The notes under the pieces are model-generated. The model had not been told where the DNA came from, searched no databases, and saw only the letters and a list, made by a program, of their open reading frames with translations. The position numbers and the translations under genes were made by a program. A stretch of 63,037 nt of DNA, filler included, from Olpidium bornovanus S191 (Eukaryota > Fungi > Olpidiomycota): the NCBI GenBank assembly GCA_017911155.1. It is 27 parts of 27 records of this genome, joined end to end, with 100 filler letters (N's around TTAATTAATTAA, not from the genome) between each part and the next. Parts side by side here need not be neighbours in the genome. Positions count along the whole stretch, not along the records: positions 9,023 to 10,612 come from JAEFCI010009638.1; positions 10,713 to 12,339 come from JAEFCI010001343.1; positions 12,440 to 15,313 come from JAEFCI010007306.1; positions 15,414 to 19,256 come from JAEFCI010000251.1; positions 19,357 to 20,491 come from JAEFCI010006803.1; positions 20,592 to 21,747 come from JAEFCI010011286.1; 21 more parts are not named here. One strand, given 5' to 3'. Shown here piece after piece: positions 9,437 through 21,847 of this stretch (position 1 is its first letter; the number at the start of each line of letters is the position of its first letter).

Positions 9437-10612
9437 ATGGAGGAAGAGCGAACCAAGGAATGGCAGCTGCCGGCCGAGTCGGAGCTGCGTTTTGAGGTCG
9501 AACACGGGGAGGAGGTCGTCCTCAAGGTACGCGCGCCCTGCGCGTTTCCGCAAGAGTATGCGGAGCGCACTGGATACCCGCCGACGTTTGAAGGGTCTCG
9601 CACTTTGCTGGAATGTAAACTGGGAAACCCCACGTCCGAATGCACCCTCACACTCTCCGGCGCATGCCACATGCGACGGCCTAATGAGAAGCGTTGGATT
9701 TGTGCAAAAATCACGCTCCGCTGCTGGCGCGGATCGTGTCGATTAAAGGCGAAACTGGGCTAACACAACTTCCGGGACCTTCTGTCGCACCTTGGTGTTG
9801 GTGCAAAAAGCTGCTGGGCGGTACGGCCGAGATCTTTGGATCGGAGCTCTGCGTCGGCCAAGAACTTACTTTCGCCGGGAGAAAGGTTGCAGTGTTTACA
9901 TGGAAGGGCTGTACATTACAAATATCCTTTACATTCGTCATTATGCGCTGAAGTCGAGATAACTTTACGTCCTGTGGCCCGCTCGGCGGTTAGCGATCCT
10001 CCCCCGGTTGGCTGCACCTTGACACGACGTCCACACCTCACAGGCAATGCCAGTGTCGTCTATCTCGCGGAAGAAACTCCGATGACCACATATCTGAACA
10101 CGCACCTTGCTCTTCAGGCGTTGCGGGAAGCCGCGTGCGCGTCGCAAAGCCTGGGACCTCGAGTATGTCGTAAAACGTTATTCAGAGCCTCTCCCTGAAA
10201 ACAACTTCTGATTACTCACTACGAATTCCGTCGCCCGTTTTGCCGGTCGCGACCGCCAAACAGGTAATGGTCATAGGTCCACGGGACGCGGGTAAAACAT
10301 CCATTTGCAAGCTGCTTCTGAGTTACGCGCTTCGCCAGGGCGACCAGCCGCTGTTCATTGATTTGGATCCAGAAGAGGTACGCTTTTCGCGGACCGCACG
10401 TGCGTCCCGAGCGTTGAAAGAGGCGGACGCGCGGGTCCGAAAAATCCTACCCCCCCGGCACGGAAAACAACGTCGAATTCATGCAGGGCTCCATGACCAT
10501 CCCTGGCTGCGCGTGCGCCACGACGATTAGCCGCGGCCTTGACCTCGAGGAAGGGTTCGGCCTCTCGGCGACGAGCGCGCTGACAACAGCCGGCTCCGCG
10601 GCCAGCCCGCTC
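9437..10612 (+). CDS. CLP1: Polyribonucleotide 5'-hydroxyl kinase / mRNA cleavage factor Clp1, 5' part
   Basis: Exons [15 protein letters not shown]; [13 protein letters not shown]...[14 protein letters not shown]; [18 protein letters not shown]; [38 protein letters not shown]; GSMTIPG. GT-AG introns. Confidence 0.95.
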
Positions 10613-10759
10613 NNNNNNNNNNNNNNNNNNNNNNNNNNNNNNNNNNNNNNNNNNNNTTAATTAATTAANNNNNNNNNNNNNNNNNNNNNNNNNNNNNNNN
10701 NNNNNNNNNNNNCATGGTCTCTCTTGCTGCCAGCGGTCGCCCCGCCTGCAGGAGACTGG

Positions 10760-11330
10760 AACGCAGTGCTGTCGCCAGGTGCCTTCAAGGGCCGCCCATT
10801 ACGGATAGTATACGGCTTTCAAGCAAAAACGTCAACGGCGCATTGTGGCCGGCGCATTGTACGGCAACCGGTTCGTTTTGCTGAAGGCACAAGCTTTGCA
10901 AAAGGGAAGCTCCGCATTTTTCGGCAAATCCAGACTGGGAATACGGCGTAAGATGTCAAAACTTGCGTGCCCGAGACGTTGGTGCCACAGTGTTGCCTTG
11001 GCGTTGACCGCGATAGCGGCATGGTTTTTGGCAATCACGGAGACTTGCATAGAGACGGCGGGTTGAGATGCAGAATTGATGCGGGAAGTGGCCTCCAAGT
11101 AGAAAAGGCGATCAGCCCGACGTCTCCCGCTTGCAACGATGGTCCCGCCTCGGTCCGTGCTCGATGGTTTTGCAATGATCCAGACATCTACGAAGGGGGG
11201 CGGAGGATGGCCCTCGCAGATGTTGACATCTGCGGGGCCTGGTAGATTCCTGCGCAGGCTGATCCTGAGTATTTTTAGGTTGACGCTGGGCGTAGATTTG
11301 GCTTTTGGGATAGGGAAAGGCGTCCATTAT
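10760..11330 (-). mobile_element. Degenerate Ty1/copia GAG-pre-integrase region
   Basis: GTIVASGRRRADRLFYL...ATLWHQRLGHASFDIL...FCKACAFSK (HHCC zinc finger). Confidence 0.8.
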
Positions 11331-11874
11331 TCCAAACAGATAAAAACTACATATTATGTATGGCCTAGGCGGGATTTGCCTGCCTTTGGATAACAAAACC
11401 ATACGTGGTTTTTTGCAAAGAAAGAAACGAAAAAAAAGAAAGAGAGGGAGAGAGAGAGAGAAAGAACGTGAGCTCGGGAAAGAATTCGGAGGGGGAAAAA
11501 CAAGCGTTGCAAAACAACAGGAAAATTGAAAAGCGAAATGCGCGGCAAGAAGAAAAACCGCTTTCGGAAAAGCAACAGGAAAGGATTTGCTTTACGTTCC
11601 TTTTTTTTCTTGGCCAGCCCGCGGCTGTCCGAGCCAACAAACGTGAGTCATAAAACGTGCTTGAATATCATTAAAAGAGGTGGAGAGGAGAGGCAAGGGA
11701 AGAGGGAGAGGGACAGGGGGCGGAAGGGCGGAAGCGAGGAATGGTGCCCTTGTTTGCGGAGATTAGGCGGAAGTTCGGCGACAGGCAGGCACTACCCCCC
11801 ACCCCTCCCCCCCTTCCCAAAAAGGAAAGAGAATGGCGCACCGCGGCGTCGCCCGGATGGCGTTGGGGCCTGCC

Positions 11875-12339
11875 CTACCGGAGCGCTTCGAGGACCCGCC
11901 CGACGTCGAACCTGAATCCGAGCAACGGGGTTTTCAGCGGGGCGCCGCCGACGCCGCCGTAAACGTAAGAGAGATCGGTCCCCGGCGTAGCTACTCCCGC
12001 TAGAACCTCCGCGGGCCCGTTGACACCCAGCAGCCGCTTCAGGTTCTCGGCCGCCGCAACATCTCCTGGCCGAGCGTGCTCGACGACACGATCAGGCTGT
12101 CGCCCCGAGATGCCGATCGTTTGCTTCAGTTCTTCCGCCGAAGCGAGAGCTTGGCCGCGCGTCAAGCCGCCGGGTGACCCCGTTCGCTCGACGACGTTCC
12201 CCATCTCCGCCGACTCCAGCGCTTGCTGCGCTTGGTGCGACAGTGTCACGCCAAAATCTGCTCCACCCTTCGGCGCCTGCGCCCCGGCCGGTTCCCTCAG
12301 AACTCCGAAACCAATGGCCGTGGTTGAGGTGAACATGGC
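11875..12339 (-). CDS. Hypothetical protein, C-terminal exon
   Basis: A 153-codon frame open from the contig edge to a stop; no family recognised. Confidence 0.35.
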   Translation of the reverse strand, partial: AMFTSTTAIGFGVLREPAGAQAPKGGADFGVTLSHQAQQALESAEMGNVVERTGSPGGLTRGQALASAEELKQTIGISGRQPDRVVEHARPGDVAAAENLKRLLGVNGPAEVLAGVATPGTDLSYVYGGVGGAPLKTPLLGFRFDVGRVLEALR

Positions 12340-12934
12340 NNNNNNNNNNNNNNNNNNNNNNNNNNNNNNNNNNNNNNNNNNNNTTAATTAATTAANNNNN
12401 NNNNNNNNNNNNNNNNNNNNNNNNNNNNNNNNNNNNNNNCAGGCCAAAAAAAAAAGAAAAACGTGATGGCCTCAAGTCGTCGGCGTCCAACGCACCCCCG
12501 AAAGTAAACCACGGCGAAAGAGGATGCGGATGACCAAGCAGACGGGAGGCCAAACGCATGTGCGGGACAGGAATATCCCCCGCTGGTTGGGTTTTGGCGA
12601 ATCTCCCTGCGGCGTCCGCGCCGGTCGTCGCCTGCTCTGCCGACGATTCGCCGTTCAGCAACGACTTGGGGGAGAGGGAGGACTTCTCTCCAGAGCAGGT
12701 TCGGCAGAGGGCCCGTCGATTTCTCAACCTGACTCGGGCGTTTTCCCGGCGGGATCTGCCCAACCCTTATTTTTCTCCTGTAGGCGTGGGCGGGCAAAAA
12801 GGCGGAGCGGCGGGCGGAGAGACGACGAAAGGCAACCAAAAAAACGAGGCGAAAAAAAAAAATAAATAAAAATAACATAAAAATACGACCGCTCCGCCCG
12901 TCTCACTCACACTCACACGCTCGTCCACTCATTC

Positions 12935-15084
12935 ATGAGGAGCGGCCAGGCCATGGACGACGATCCGGAACTCGATGACCTCGACTTCGTGCGGTCCGCG
13001 GGCGCTCTCGACGTGGGCGCCCTGGCCGCCGGCCTTCCCGGCCCGGGCGACGCCGCCCACGGCGCCCGGGCCGGCGGGGCTCAGCAGCGCGCCAAGCTGG
13101 GCGGCGTCGGCGCCGGCCCGCACCTGGACCCTTCCGAGTTCCTCGTCGCGACGCTGCCGTGCACCGAAGCTGACTACCTCGTGGACACTCCGCGCCTGAG
13201 GAAGGACCAGGCCGTGCCGGAAATCCTGCACACGTACGTCGTGCAGTACCACAGCGTGGAGGCCGCGCACATCGAATGGCTCCTCCCCTCCGTGGACCTG
13301 GAGAACACCTTCGTCGGCCTGTTCACCCTTTTCTCCTACGGCGCCATCGTCGCCATCCTCATCACCACGCGGAAGAGGTGCCTGTTCATCCGCGTGTCCC
13401 ACGACGACGGCCTTCCCATGGACGCCGAGGCCCGGAAACTGGCCAGGGAGCAGAAGCTGCAGGAAGCCGTGAAGGCGAGCTCCGAGTTTCTCAGGGCCAA
13501 GAGGCTGGCGGAGCTGGGGCAGGAGGAGGAGGGTTTGCGAGCAAAGTCCTACCGCGAGTTCCAGCTGGAGCTGCTGCGAAGGCAAAACCGCGGCGACCGA
13601 GGCGTCGAGCCGAACGGCGAGCCGTACAACAAGGTGCTGGAGCTCCTCCTCTGCAACGAGGAGGTTGCAAAAGTCGGCTGGGAGGTCTGGTTTTCGGCCG
13701 TGGCGCTATACCAGTTTTTCAACCACAAGACCGCCTCGGCGTACGAGGTGAGGGTGCTGACGCCCATCACCTACAGAAACGGAGACGTGTTCGACACGCT
13801 GGAGCAGCTGTACCCGGACGCGCAGGACCCGCTGAAGCGCATTTTCGTGCCGAGCGACGCGGATTACCACTCCGACGCGATCGAGGAATACATCGTTCAC
13901 GCTGCAGCGCTGGAGGTGTGGGCCGCGTACATGTGCGCCGTCGCAGCGGACCAGGTGGACGCCGCGCGCCTCAATCCCGGGAGGCCGATCCGCGACCGCG
14001 GCGAGAGGGACGAGCGGGACGTCGACTCCTGCCCCCTGCGCGCGACCGATACGCGTGAGTTCAGTGAGTCGGAGCCAAAAATCCGGCAAAACTCCATCCA
14101 GTGCATGCACGAGCGGCGACCGCCGCTGAGCCTCATCCGCGTGCCCCATTGGCAGCTCGACATGTGCGCCCAGTCTGCCGTGCTGGCCAGGACCATCCAG
14201 GAGTACTCGAAGCGCAAATTTGAGGGCGACGTCGTTCCGGGGAAGGTCACCGTAAGCCGGGAGGGAGAGCTCCACCTCAGGAACGATCGATACGTGACGA
14301 GGATCCGTGGCGGGGACAGCGTGCTGATTCAGACCGCCACCGGAGACATCCTGAAGGGTCGTGCGCAGAGGGCCCACGGGAAGACAGTATGCATTCGTTT
14401 GCAAGATCAGTCAGCTGCTGCGATATCGGCGAGTCCGGTAGACCCTGACGGGGTGGACTTTTTGTCGTCTGCCGCGTACGACGATCCGTCCAGCCGTCGT
14501 TCTAACACCTCCGGACGCGGCGAACGTCGGAAGCGTTCCTCGAAGGAAAAGACTTGCGAAATTGAGGTCGTGTCGGTAGACGTCGAAGTCGGTCAGTTGG
14601 CCAGTAACGCCGACATGGCGCGCGATTGTTTCGCTAAGGACCTCCTGACCGGCGCCAAGACGTCACTTACGCCCATGATCGAAATGTTCTTTGGCGACGC
14701 CCCGGTTTTCAAGGCGGCAAAAGAGAAGCTAAAGAACTGTGGTCTTTATCGGCTTCCGATGCCCCCGTCCTGTTCCGCGACGGCAGCGGCCGACGCAGCC
14801 GCCGCCTCCCTGCGGAAACGGCAAATAAAACAGGAACTTCTTGCGTGCGCCCAGTGCGGTCGCCTCAATCAATCACAATACGGTGCTGCTAACGCCATAA
14901 CGGTGTCGAACGCCCCGGTCGTGCTCATCCAAGTGAGTTCCGTCGCGCGAAAGTCGCAGTTTTTTTTGTAAATCGGTCACGGCTGAGTCGGACAGCTGGG
15001 ACTTTTTGGACGATTGTCGAATTGGTGAACCGACAGCTGCTCATCGCTTCGTCGTTATAGGGTCCACCTGGAAGCGGCAAGTCT
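12935..15084 (+). CDS. Pseudo-3'-5' exonuclease (DnaQ/WRN-exo-like fold) fused to an Upf1/Dna2-like SF1 helicase, 3' truncated
   Basis: A 2-kb exon encodes FVGLFTL..AILITTRKRCLFIRV..LELLLCNEEVAKVGWE..HAAALEVWAAY, a beta-rich segment, and LNQSQ..PVVLIQ. After a GT-AG intron (14933-15060) the frame continues GPPGSGKS (Walker A). Confidence 0.7.
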
Positions 15085-15941
15085 ATCTGGCTGAATTTTG
15101 ATCCTAATGGGGCGCTGCTTGTAAAACTTCTTAATGACGCACGCTTCATTATCACAACAATTACGTGGTGCCGTTATGATATTGAACAGGCAAGGTGAGA
15201 CCTTGGTACCCGTCGAAATACGGGGCGTCTTAGATCTGTTTCGTCGATCTTTTGAAATCAATTCCGTAACCTTTTTTTGTATTTCGGCTATGTACGTGTA
15301 CGTAGACTTCATGNNNNNNNNNNNNNNNNNNNNNNNNNNNNNNNNNNNNNNNNNNNNTTAATTAATTAANNNNNNNNNNNNNNNNNNNNNNNNNNNNNNN
15401 NNNNNNNNNNNNNCCAACCCGTTCGAGTTGGCACTTCAACTTGCTCAACTTGCTCGAACCCAACACTAGTGGTGTGTATAGCACACACTAGCGTGGTAGT
15501 GCCGTCGCCATAATATCTGCAGATTTCCAACATGCTGTGGCTTTCGGAATATTGTGGAATATTTCCGAGTCTACCGCCAGTACTGGAGCCGCAATATCGG
15601 ATATTGGGCACCGGATATTGCAGAGTCCAGGTGGGAACCCCTAAAGGTTTATAGGATTTTTGGTTTTTTTGCCAGGATTTTAGAATTTAATGCTAATCGC
15701 CTCCTTCAAATTTTATGAAAGTTATGTCATATATATTTTTCCACTTCCCTAACATTATCCAAAAAAAAAATTTCTCCGATCTGCGTTCTGTACCTTGAAT
15801 GTTTGAGAGTCCAGGTCGGAACCCCTGAATGTTTGCGCTGGCCAAAAGCATATCAGAGTCGGGGGGGGGGGTTCGGGTTCACGGGGGGGGCAGGGGGGGG
15901 GCAGCCCAGAAAGGATACGGAAGTTTGGAAAAGAAATGGGC

Positions 15942-16100
15942 GCCAATAGGGACCAGAACAAAATTTAATTTGGGAAATAAGCACAACGTGCCCCTGACAG
16001 CCCCTCACAGGGGGGCCAATAGAAACAAGAATAAAATTAGGTTTCAGAAATATGCACGACTTGCCCATCACAGGGAGGCCAATAAGAACAAGAATAAGAT
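15942..16100 (+). repeat. About 2.5 degenerate ~65-bp direct repeats
   Basis: GCCAATA..AACAAGAATAA..AAATA.GCAC.AC.TGCCC..CACAGGG recurring from 15942, 16015 and 16078. Confidence 0.6.
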
Positions 16101-16311
16101 TTCTTTTTGACTTCTTTTTCCTATTTCCTTTTTTGGCTCACTTTGTCCAGGTACATTTCTAGCGGAAAATACCAGGGTAACCCTGGCACATATTCTCCCC
16201 TGCCGTCGGTTTAAATGCATTTGACGTGTCTCCTTGTCTCCAGCGACACGGCCTGATCAAAACGTTTAAAGCAGTCTAGCCCGTCTCCCTTCTTCTTCAG
16301 GAAATATACTC

Positions 16312-18045
16312 TCACGTACCTGGGTTCTCATCCAGGAAGGTGATAATCCAGCGTGAGCCCCTGCATGAAGCTGTGGGGAGCTCGAGCAGGTCCGTATGAA
16401 CTCGGCCTAGCCGGTTCATGACCAGGGCGCTATGTTCGCGGCATCTTGGCCTCGCCGCCTTGGTGGTCTTGCCCACGGTGCAAGTCATGCACCTAACCTC
16501 AGGTCCCACACGAGCCAAGCAGGCGTGTTGTAGGACCGAGAGGCAAGCGCCTGATGAGCTCGACTCATGCTTACCCAGAATCACGTAAGTGTTATCGGTC
16601 GTGAGGGTGGCTCGACCAAAGTATTTGCCGCCATGGTGGAGCTTGCACCCGTTGGCGTCAAAGGTCGCCTCGACGCCTTTCCTTGCGAGGCTTCCGAGGG
16701 CAGCAGGTTTGTTTTCATTCCCGGGATGACGAGTACATCGCTAATGGTCGCTCGTTGCCCGCCTTCGAACGTGATGATGAACTTGCCCTTTGCCATCGCC
16801 TCCTTCTCCAAGCCATCACCCAGGAACCCACCCTCCTGACGCATGGAACAACGTCCTTGCGGTAGCCTGGCTCGCCCGTCAAACGGAACATACATCCGCT
16901 GTCAAGGAGCCATCCCCAGCTGTTGCCATCCCCTCCGGCAAATGAGAGGAGCGTGACCCCGGAGCCTTCCCCTTTCGGCGGTGTGTTCTTTCCCCTTCTT
17001 CGTCTTCGGGCAGTTGCGTTTGAAATGGCCGAGCTCCTGGCAACCAAAGCTGTGGGGAACATCTTTGCTATATTTTTCCTTCTTCTCTCCGTCACTGGTC
17101 TTCGCCTTTCTCCGCGTCATGGCGAGTGCGCTCCCTACGGGTGAGGAAATACTGCCCAGGGTCTCGCGCCGCCTTCCGATGTCGGCCTCGCACAGCACTG
17201 CGACGGTTTCCCCAAGGGATGGTGTAACCTTGCGCGAATTCGTCTCCAAGGCGTCAACCGTCGTCCCAGAAAGGTGGAGGCTACCCATGAGAATGACGTC
17301 TCTGGTTTCACACTCCCAGTCGCGAACATTGTCTTCTCCGTTGTCGTGTAACTGTTGCACTTAGGTCTTTTACGCGAAGGCAGAACTATCAAAGGTCTCG
17401 TCCTCGTCCATGCTCAGCACGTACAGGCCCTTCTTGAGGTCAAGTCTCGCGCTCGAGCCAGCATGTTCGAAATGCGCACAGAGCTGCGCCCAGGCGTCCC
17501 GGACACCTCCGCGTCGTTGAGAAGGTGCCTGTAAAGGTCGCTCACATGCAGGACAATTTCCCCGTATGCGTCGCCGTCGGCCCGCAACCACTCCTGCGTC
17601 TCCGCAAAGCTGCCCGCTCTTGAGCGTTGCACCGCCCCGGAAGCAATGAGCCAAAGGCGTCGGTGTTGCAGAACTGCGCGCATGGATACCTTCAATGACC
17701 GCCAATTGTCCTCTTCAAGAGGAGCTATCGCGAGACGTGCAGCGCGCAGCGCCGAGCTCTCCTCCATGGTCGGACGTCTACCATAAGGCGCTTACCCTTT
17801 CTCCCCTAAGCCCCGTGCACCTCGTCACTACAGCTCAGCAGTGTCCCTGACGCTCCCGGGTGTTGCCCGCGGCCTCTCGCGTGCACGGAGGACGGGATGC
17901 AAGTCCTGTGGGATGGTTCTCGGACAGGGTAGCCGCGTTGGGCTCATAACCTGTGGGCTTTTAATGCGCCGTAGATCGTCCTCTCAGATTGTTTATTCGG
18001 GGCGTAGGCTTCAAATGTGTGCGGGGTAGACACTACTCGCCAACA
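16312..18045 (-). mobile_element. Degenerate Ty1/copia 5' half: 94-bp LTR, PBS, gag, protease and integrase start
   Basis: LTR TGTTGG...AATAAA...CCCACA at 18045-17952; PBS GGTTATGAGCCCA at 17951-17939; gag LEEDNWRSLKVSMRAVL, knuckle remnant GCQELGHFKRNC, protease WLLDSGC, ISDVLVIPGMKTNLL, integrase CMTCTVGK...RVHTDLL..IITFLDE. Multiple frameshifts and stops. Confidence 0.9.
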
Positions 18046-18499
18046 TTGAGGGGTTCTAACTAACCGCCCGTACTAACCGCCCGTACTATGTAAGCGTGAG
18101 AGCAGCCAACCGACATCGCGTTCCTGCTCTTCCCGCGTGTATCGCGCACGACGGCCTGCTTCTGCCCCACGTCATCCGAGCCCGTCACCAGGTCATCGTT
18201 CATTCCGGAAAGATTCCCCGACGCTTCTAGAATCAGGTTGATTATCAGATGTGCACGCATTATCAAGCGACCCAGTAAACCCTCAGCATGCCGAAGCATG
18301 ACGGCAGCGGCCGCGCCTAGGGTACACAGCTGCATCGGCAATTCCAAGCTCTGCATCAATTTTACACGCAAAACTGGCCTTTTTGAGACCGCCCGCTTCT
18401 GACCATTGGCCTGCGTGAAACTAACAAATACCACGCACGACTGGTGGTTGATCGTACTCGGGATCACGTTGTGAACGACCCTGTGCGTATTCGGTATTG

Positions 18500-18800
18500 G
18501 GCTCCGCGATGCCAACGGACAGTCTTCTCCGCAAGAAACAAAGTCAACGATGTGCGATTTTCTCCTGCCGTGGCTGTCGTGCTGATTTCAACTCCGTCCG
18601 CGCACTTCAACTTGGGTATTTGATAAGCCAAAACACTCTAGCTGGAGCACACACCAGATTCTTTAGCGATGGACGCTCACTACCAGAACGTCGGCTGTTA
18701 TGCGTGATCTCCGGCGCGATGTCCAGTATCTTGTTGCCCCCTGATCCATTATGCGAGAAGTCGAATTGTTTCACGGACACACCCCGCCGTTGCACGTGGC
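18500..18800 (-). mobile_element. Highly decayed copia RT remnant
   Basis: Fragments NKILDI..EITH and VLQLECFGLSN resemble copia RT KILGMEITR..VLERFGM. Confidence 0.3.
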
Positions 18801-20078
18801 CCTAAAAAAAGTTGATCTTGTGCAAGAGTGAGCATGCTTCGTAAACTGCTTGCTCATCGTGCTGATTCCTCTTTGGAAAAAGCGGACGGCAAGAGGATAA
18901 CAGGACGGGTGATGGTGAGGTGGCCGAAAGCGTGCCAAGAATGCCAACGGAAGAAGAGCATGCAGAAGGACCCCGTCAGCGTGCATTTTCCCCGGGCCTG
19001 CCCCGTTTTGCCGGACTCCTCAGCTAACGCGTAAACAAGCGAAACCACACGCATAACGAACTATTTCCTTTCGAAAAGGGTGGCTACGGAACGTGGATTC
19101 TTTTGGCGGGGTCGCGCGCGCGGCTTTTCTTTATACATGCAGCAGCGCCTCGGCGGGGTGCGTGCCGCCGCGTCCGGCAGCCTGGGGAGCCTGGGCGTGG
19201 CTGTCGGGTCCGTGGCTGTGGGCGGGCCGGGGACAGTGACCCACGGGACCGCGAAANNNNNNNNNNNNNNNNNNNNNNNNNNNNNNNNNNNNNNNNNNNN
19301 TTAATTAATTAANNNNNNNNNNNNNNNNNNNNNNNNNNNNNNNNNNNNNNNNNNNNCGGGAAAACCATACGAACGGTGGTGATCGAGACGGGCGATACGT
19401 CGTTGCCGAAATTTCGGGTCGGGGAGTGGGAAGGGAAGGGGGAGGGGCAGGGCGTCGCCGCCAGTAGCGCAACCATGGCAGCCGCGCGCTCCCGTTACCC
19501 TCCGGTGGGGCGGGTGGGGGGGGGGGGGGCCTGGGTTTCTCCGGGCGCCGATTGGGTCCGTTCTCCGGAGGGGAAGAGTGGGCGGGCTTTTTTTTTTCCC
19601 CCGCTGGAATTTTTTTTTTTTTTTTTTTGGTCGCCGCGGGCGCGTCCCGCACCGCCCACTGTCGTCGGGAAAATCGGGCCTCCCTACCAGGGGGCCCCGC
19701 GCGCGGACATGGCAACCGCGTTTCGCGCGCGCCCGCAGCAGCACAACCGCCTGTTCGGAAAACGACCCGCGAGAACCGAAAGCCGAAACCCCGGCCGCAT
19801 CTCGCACCGAAAACCCTCTTATAGAAAAAAAAAAAACAAAAAAAAAGAAAAGTCAAAAGAAAAAAATATATAATATATATAATCGCTCCGCAGAAACCCC
19901 GCCTCTTCCCCGGGGGTCCTCCGACGTCGTGAACGTGGTCGGGGGGAAAAGGAAGGGGCACGAGGAAAGTCCGTGGGGAGCCGACGTTTTCGCGCTCTCC
20001 TTCTCTCTATTTTTTTATTTTTTTCCGTCGAGCGAGGAGGGGGGGGGGGCCGGGGGGTGAGCCCGCCCGTGAGAAACC

Positions 20079-20410
20079 ATGGCTGCGATGCGCCGGCAGG
20101 ACACGCTGGCGACGGTGCCGGTCTTCGACGACATGGGGGAGCCGACGCCAAACAGGACGCCGTCGCGGGACGCCATCCTCTCGAACCTGCAGTCGCGGTT
20201 TTACCGGGACATCCGGCACACGCGGATTGGGTGCGACGTCCTGGTGAGCATCAACCCGTACAAAAGCGTCGAGGAGCCGGGCCGGCCCCGGATGCACCCC
20301 GGGCAAGCCGTGCCGGCCGGCGCCGCGAACCCGCCGGGCCTCGAGGATCTCGCCGCGGCGGCGTGGTGGCACATGGTGCGGGGGACCGAAGACCAGAGCG
20401 TGATCGCGAG
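20079..20410 (+). CDS. Myosin-motor-like domain, first exon of a class V/VII chitin synthase
   Basis: DAILSNLQSRFYRDIRHTRIGCDVLVSINPYK...LAAAAWWHMVRGTEDQSVIA followed by a GTGAG donor. This divergent myosin head is typical of fungal myosin-chitin synthases. Confidence 0.75.
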
Positions 20411-21847
20411 GTGAGGAAAGGGGACGGGGGAAGGGCCGGGGAAGGGGACGTTTTACCTCGTTTCTCACACCCGACGAGGGGAACAAACAAANNNNNNNNN
20501 NNNNNNNNNNNNNNNNNNNNNNNNNNNNNNNNNNNTTAATTAATTAANNNNNNNNNNNNNNNNNNNNNNNNNNNNNNNNNNNNNNNNNNNNTCGGCCATG
20601 CCAGATTACCACGAGTTAATATTGTACAAAAAGAATGCTTGTTGCCTGAACAAACGGCGTCCCCCGTTTGTTTCTCGAATGCAAAACAAAAAGTTGTCAC
20701 CAGTCCGGACTGACGGCGATTGCCGTACGATGCAAGCTGGTTGACCTGGCAAAGGCCCAAGCAGGACCTCACTATCTTCCGAGAAAACGAACGATTTAGC
20801 ATGGAATTCTTCCCCGCGTTTCCAACTGGCAGGCTAAATGAACCTGGATTCTATTTTTTTTTGTTTTCGAATTGTCGCATTGCTACCCCTCGTTCTTAAT
20901 CCTCTTCACGTGCATGCTCGTACAACACCTTGAGATCCAAAACTTTTTCCGAAAAAGGAAGCATTGAAGATTGTGACCGCTGTCGAAGCAGTTGGATGCA
21001 GGGGCGCACGACGGCCGGTCCCGCCTCATACGGACATGAACGGACCGCTCGCCTGTCGCGCATTTTAGCCAGCTTTTGGGTTTGCCTGCAGGGATTCGGA
21101 CCAGTTGTTGAATATCCCTGCACGGTTTCATGTTTGCGCCGGGCATTTTCTTAGCATTGATTAAAGAAGTCCCGAAACAGTAAGGCAGTAGGCCACGCGG
21201 TTGATATGCTGGCATCCGTTTTCATTTTTGGTGCGACGCGCATCAGCGTCAACGCCTGTCGATCAGTGACTGAGACTGGCGATCATCGCCGCAGCCACAA
21301 AGGCGGATGTGTCTTTTGGCTGCGCTCGGCGGAAAGATCCGGTCACATTTTCGGGCCGCACCAGCACAGACGAAAAGGGCCAGGCCGGCCGATGCGCACT
21401 GCGCGACCTTCAGTCAGGCCAATACGCGCGAGGCGACCTGCGATCCCTGAGCGCTCGCCGAATGCCACCGCGAAGCAGCAGCGAGGACGAGCGACGACCG
21501 CCGTGCGGGAGGGAGGTGGGGGGTGCGGGCGGGGGGAGAAGGCGGATGGCCCGCAAACAAAAAAAAAAAAAAAAAAAAAAAAGGGGGGAAAAAAAAAAAG
21601 GGGGGGGGGGAGGGGGGGGGGGGGATGGGGGGCCTCATTTCACAAGATTAACGCAACCCTGCCCGCTAAATCCGACCAGATGATGTTTGTGCTCACAATC
21701 GACCACAGCCTTCCGGTTGCGCTGGAAGCAATCCTGATAGTTGTAGANNNNNNNNNNNNNNNNNNNNNNNNNNNNNNNNNNNNNNNNNNNNTTAATTAAT
21801 TAANNNNNNNNNNNNNNNNNNNNNNNNNNNNNNNNNNNNNNNNNNNN

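Noticed and set aside
12929-14404. Long antisense ORFs opposite the helicase, histidine kinase, SEC1 and PKA-R exons
   Set aside because: Shadow ORFs expected from high GC3 codon usage; no recognisable motifs.
15460-15505. Helitron 3' end (hairpin + CTAG)
   Set aside because: The hairpin is short and imperfect, spacing to CTAG is atypical, and no Rep/helicase sequence is present.
20592-21747. Possible genes in this contig and in 29886-30400, 32050-33100, 44485-45100 and 49318-49520
   Set aside because: Exon-like pieces are present, but I could not build a consistent spliced frame or recognise a family.
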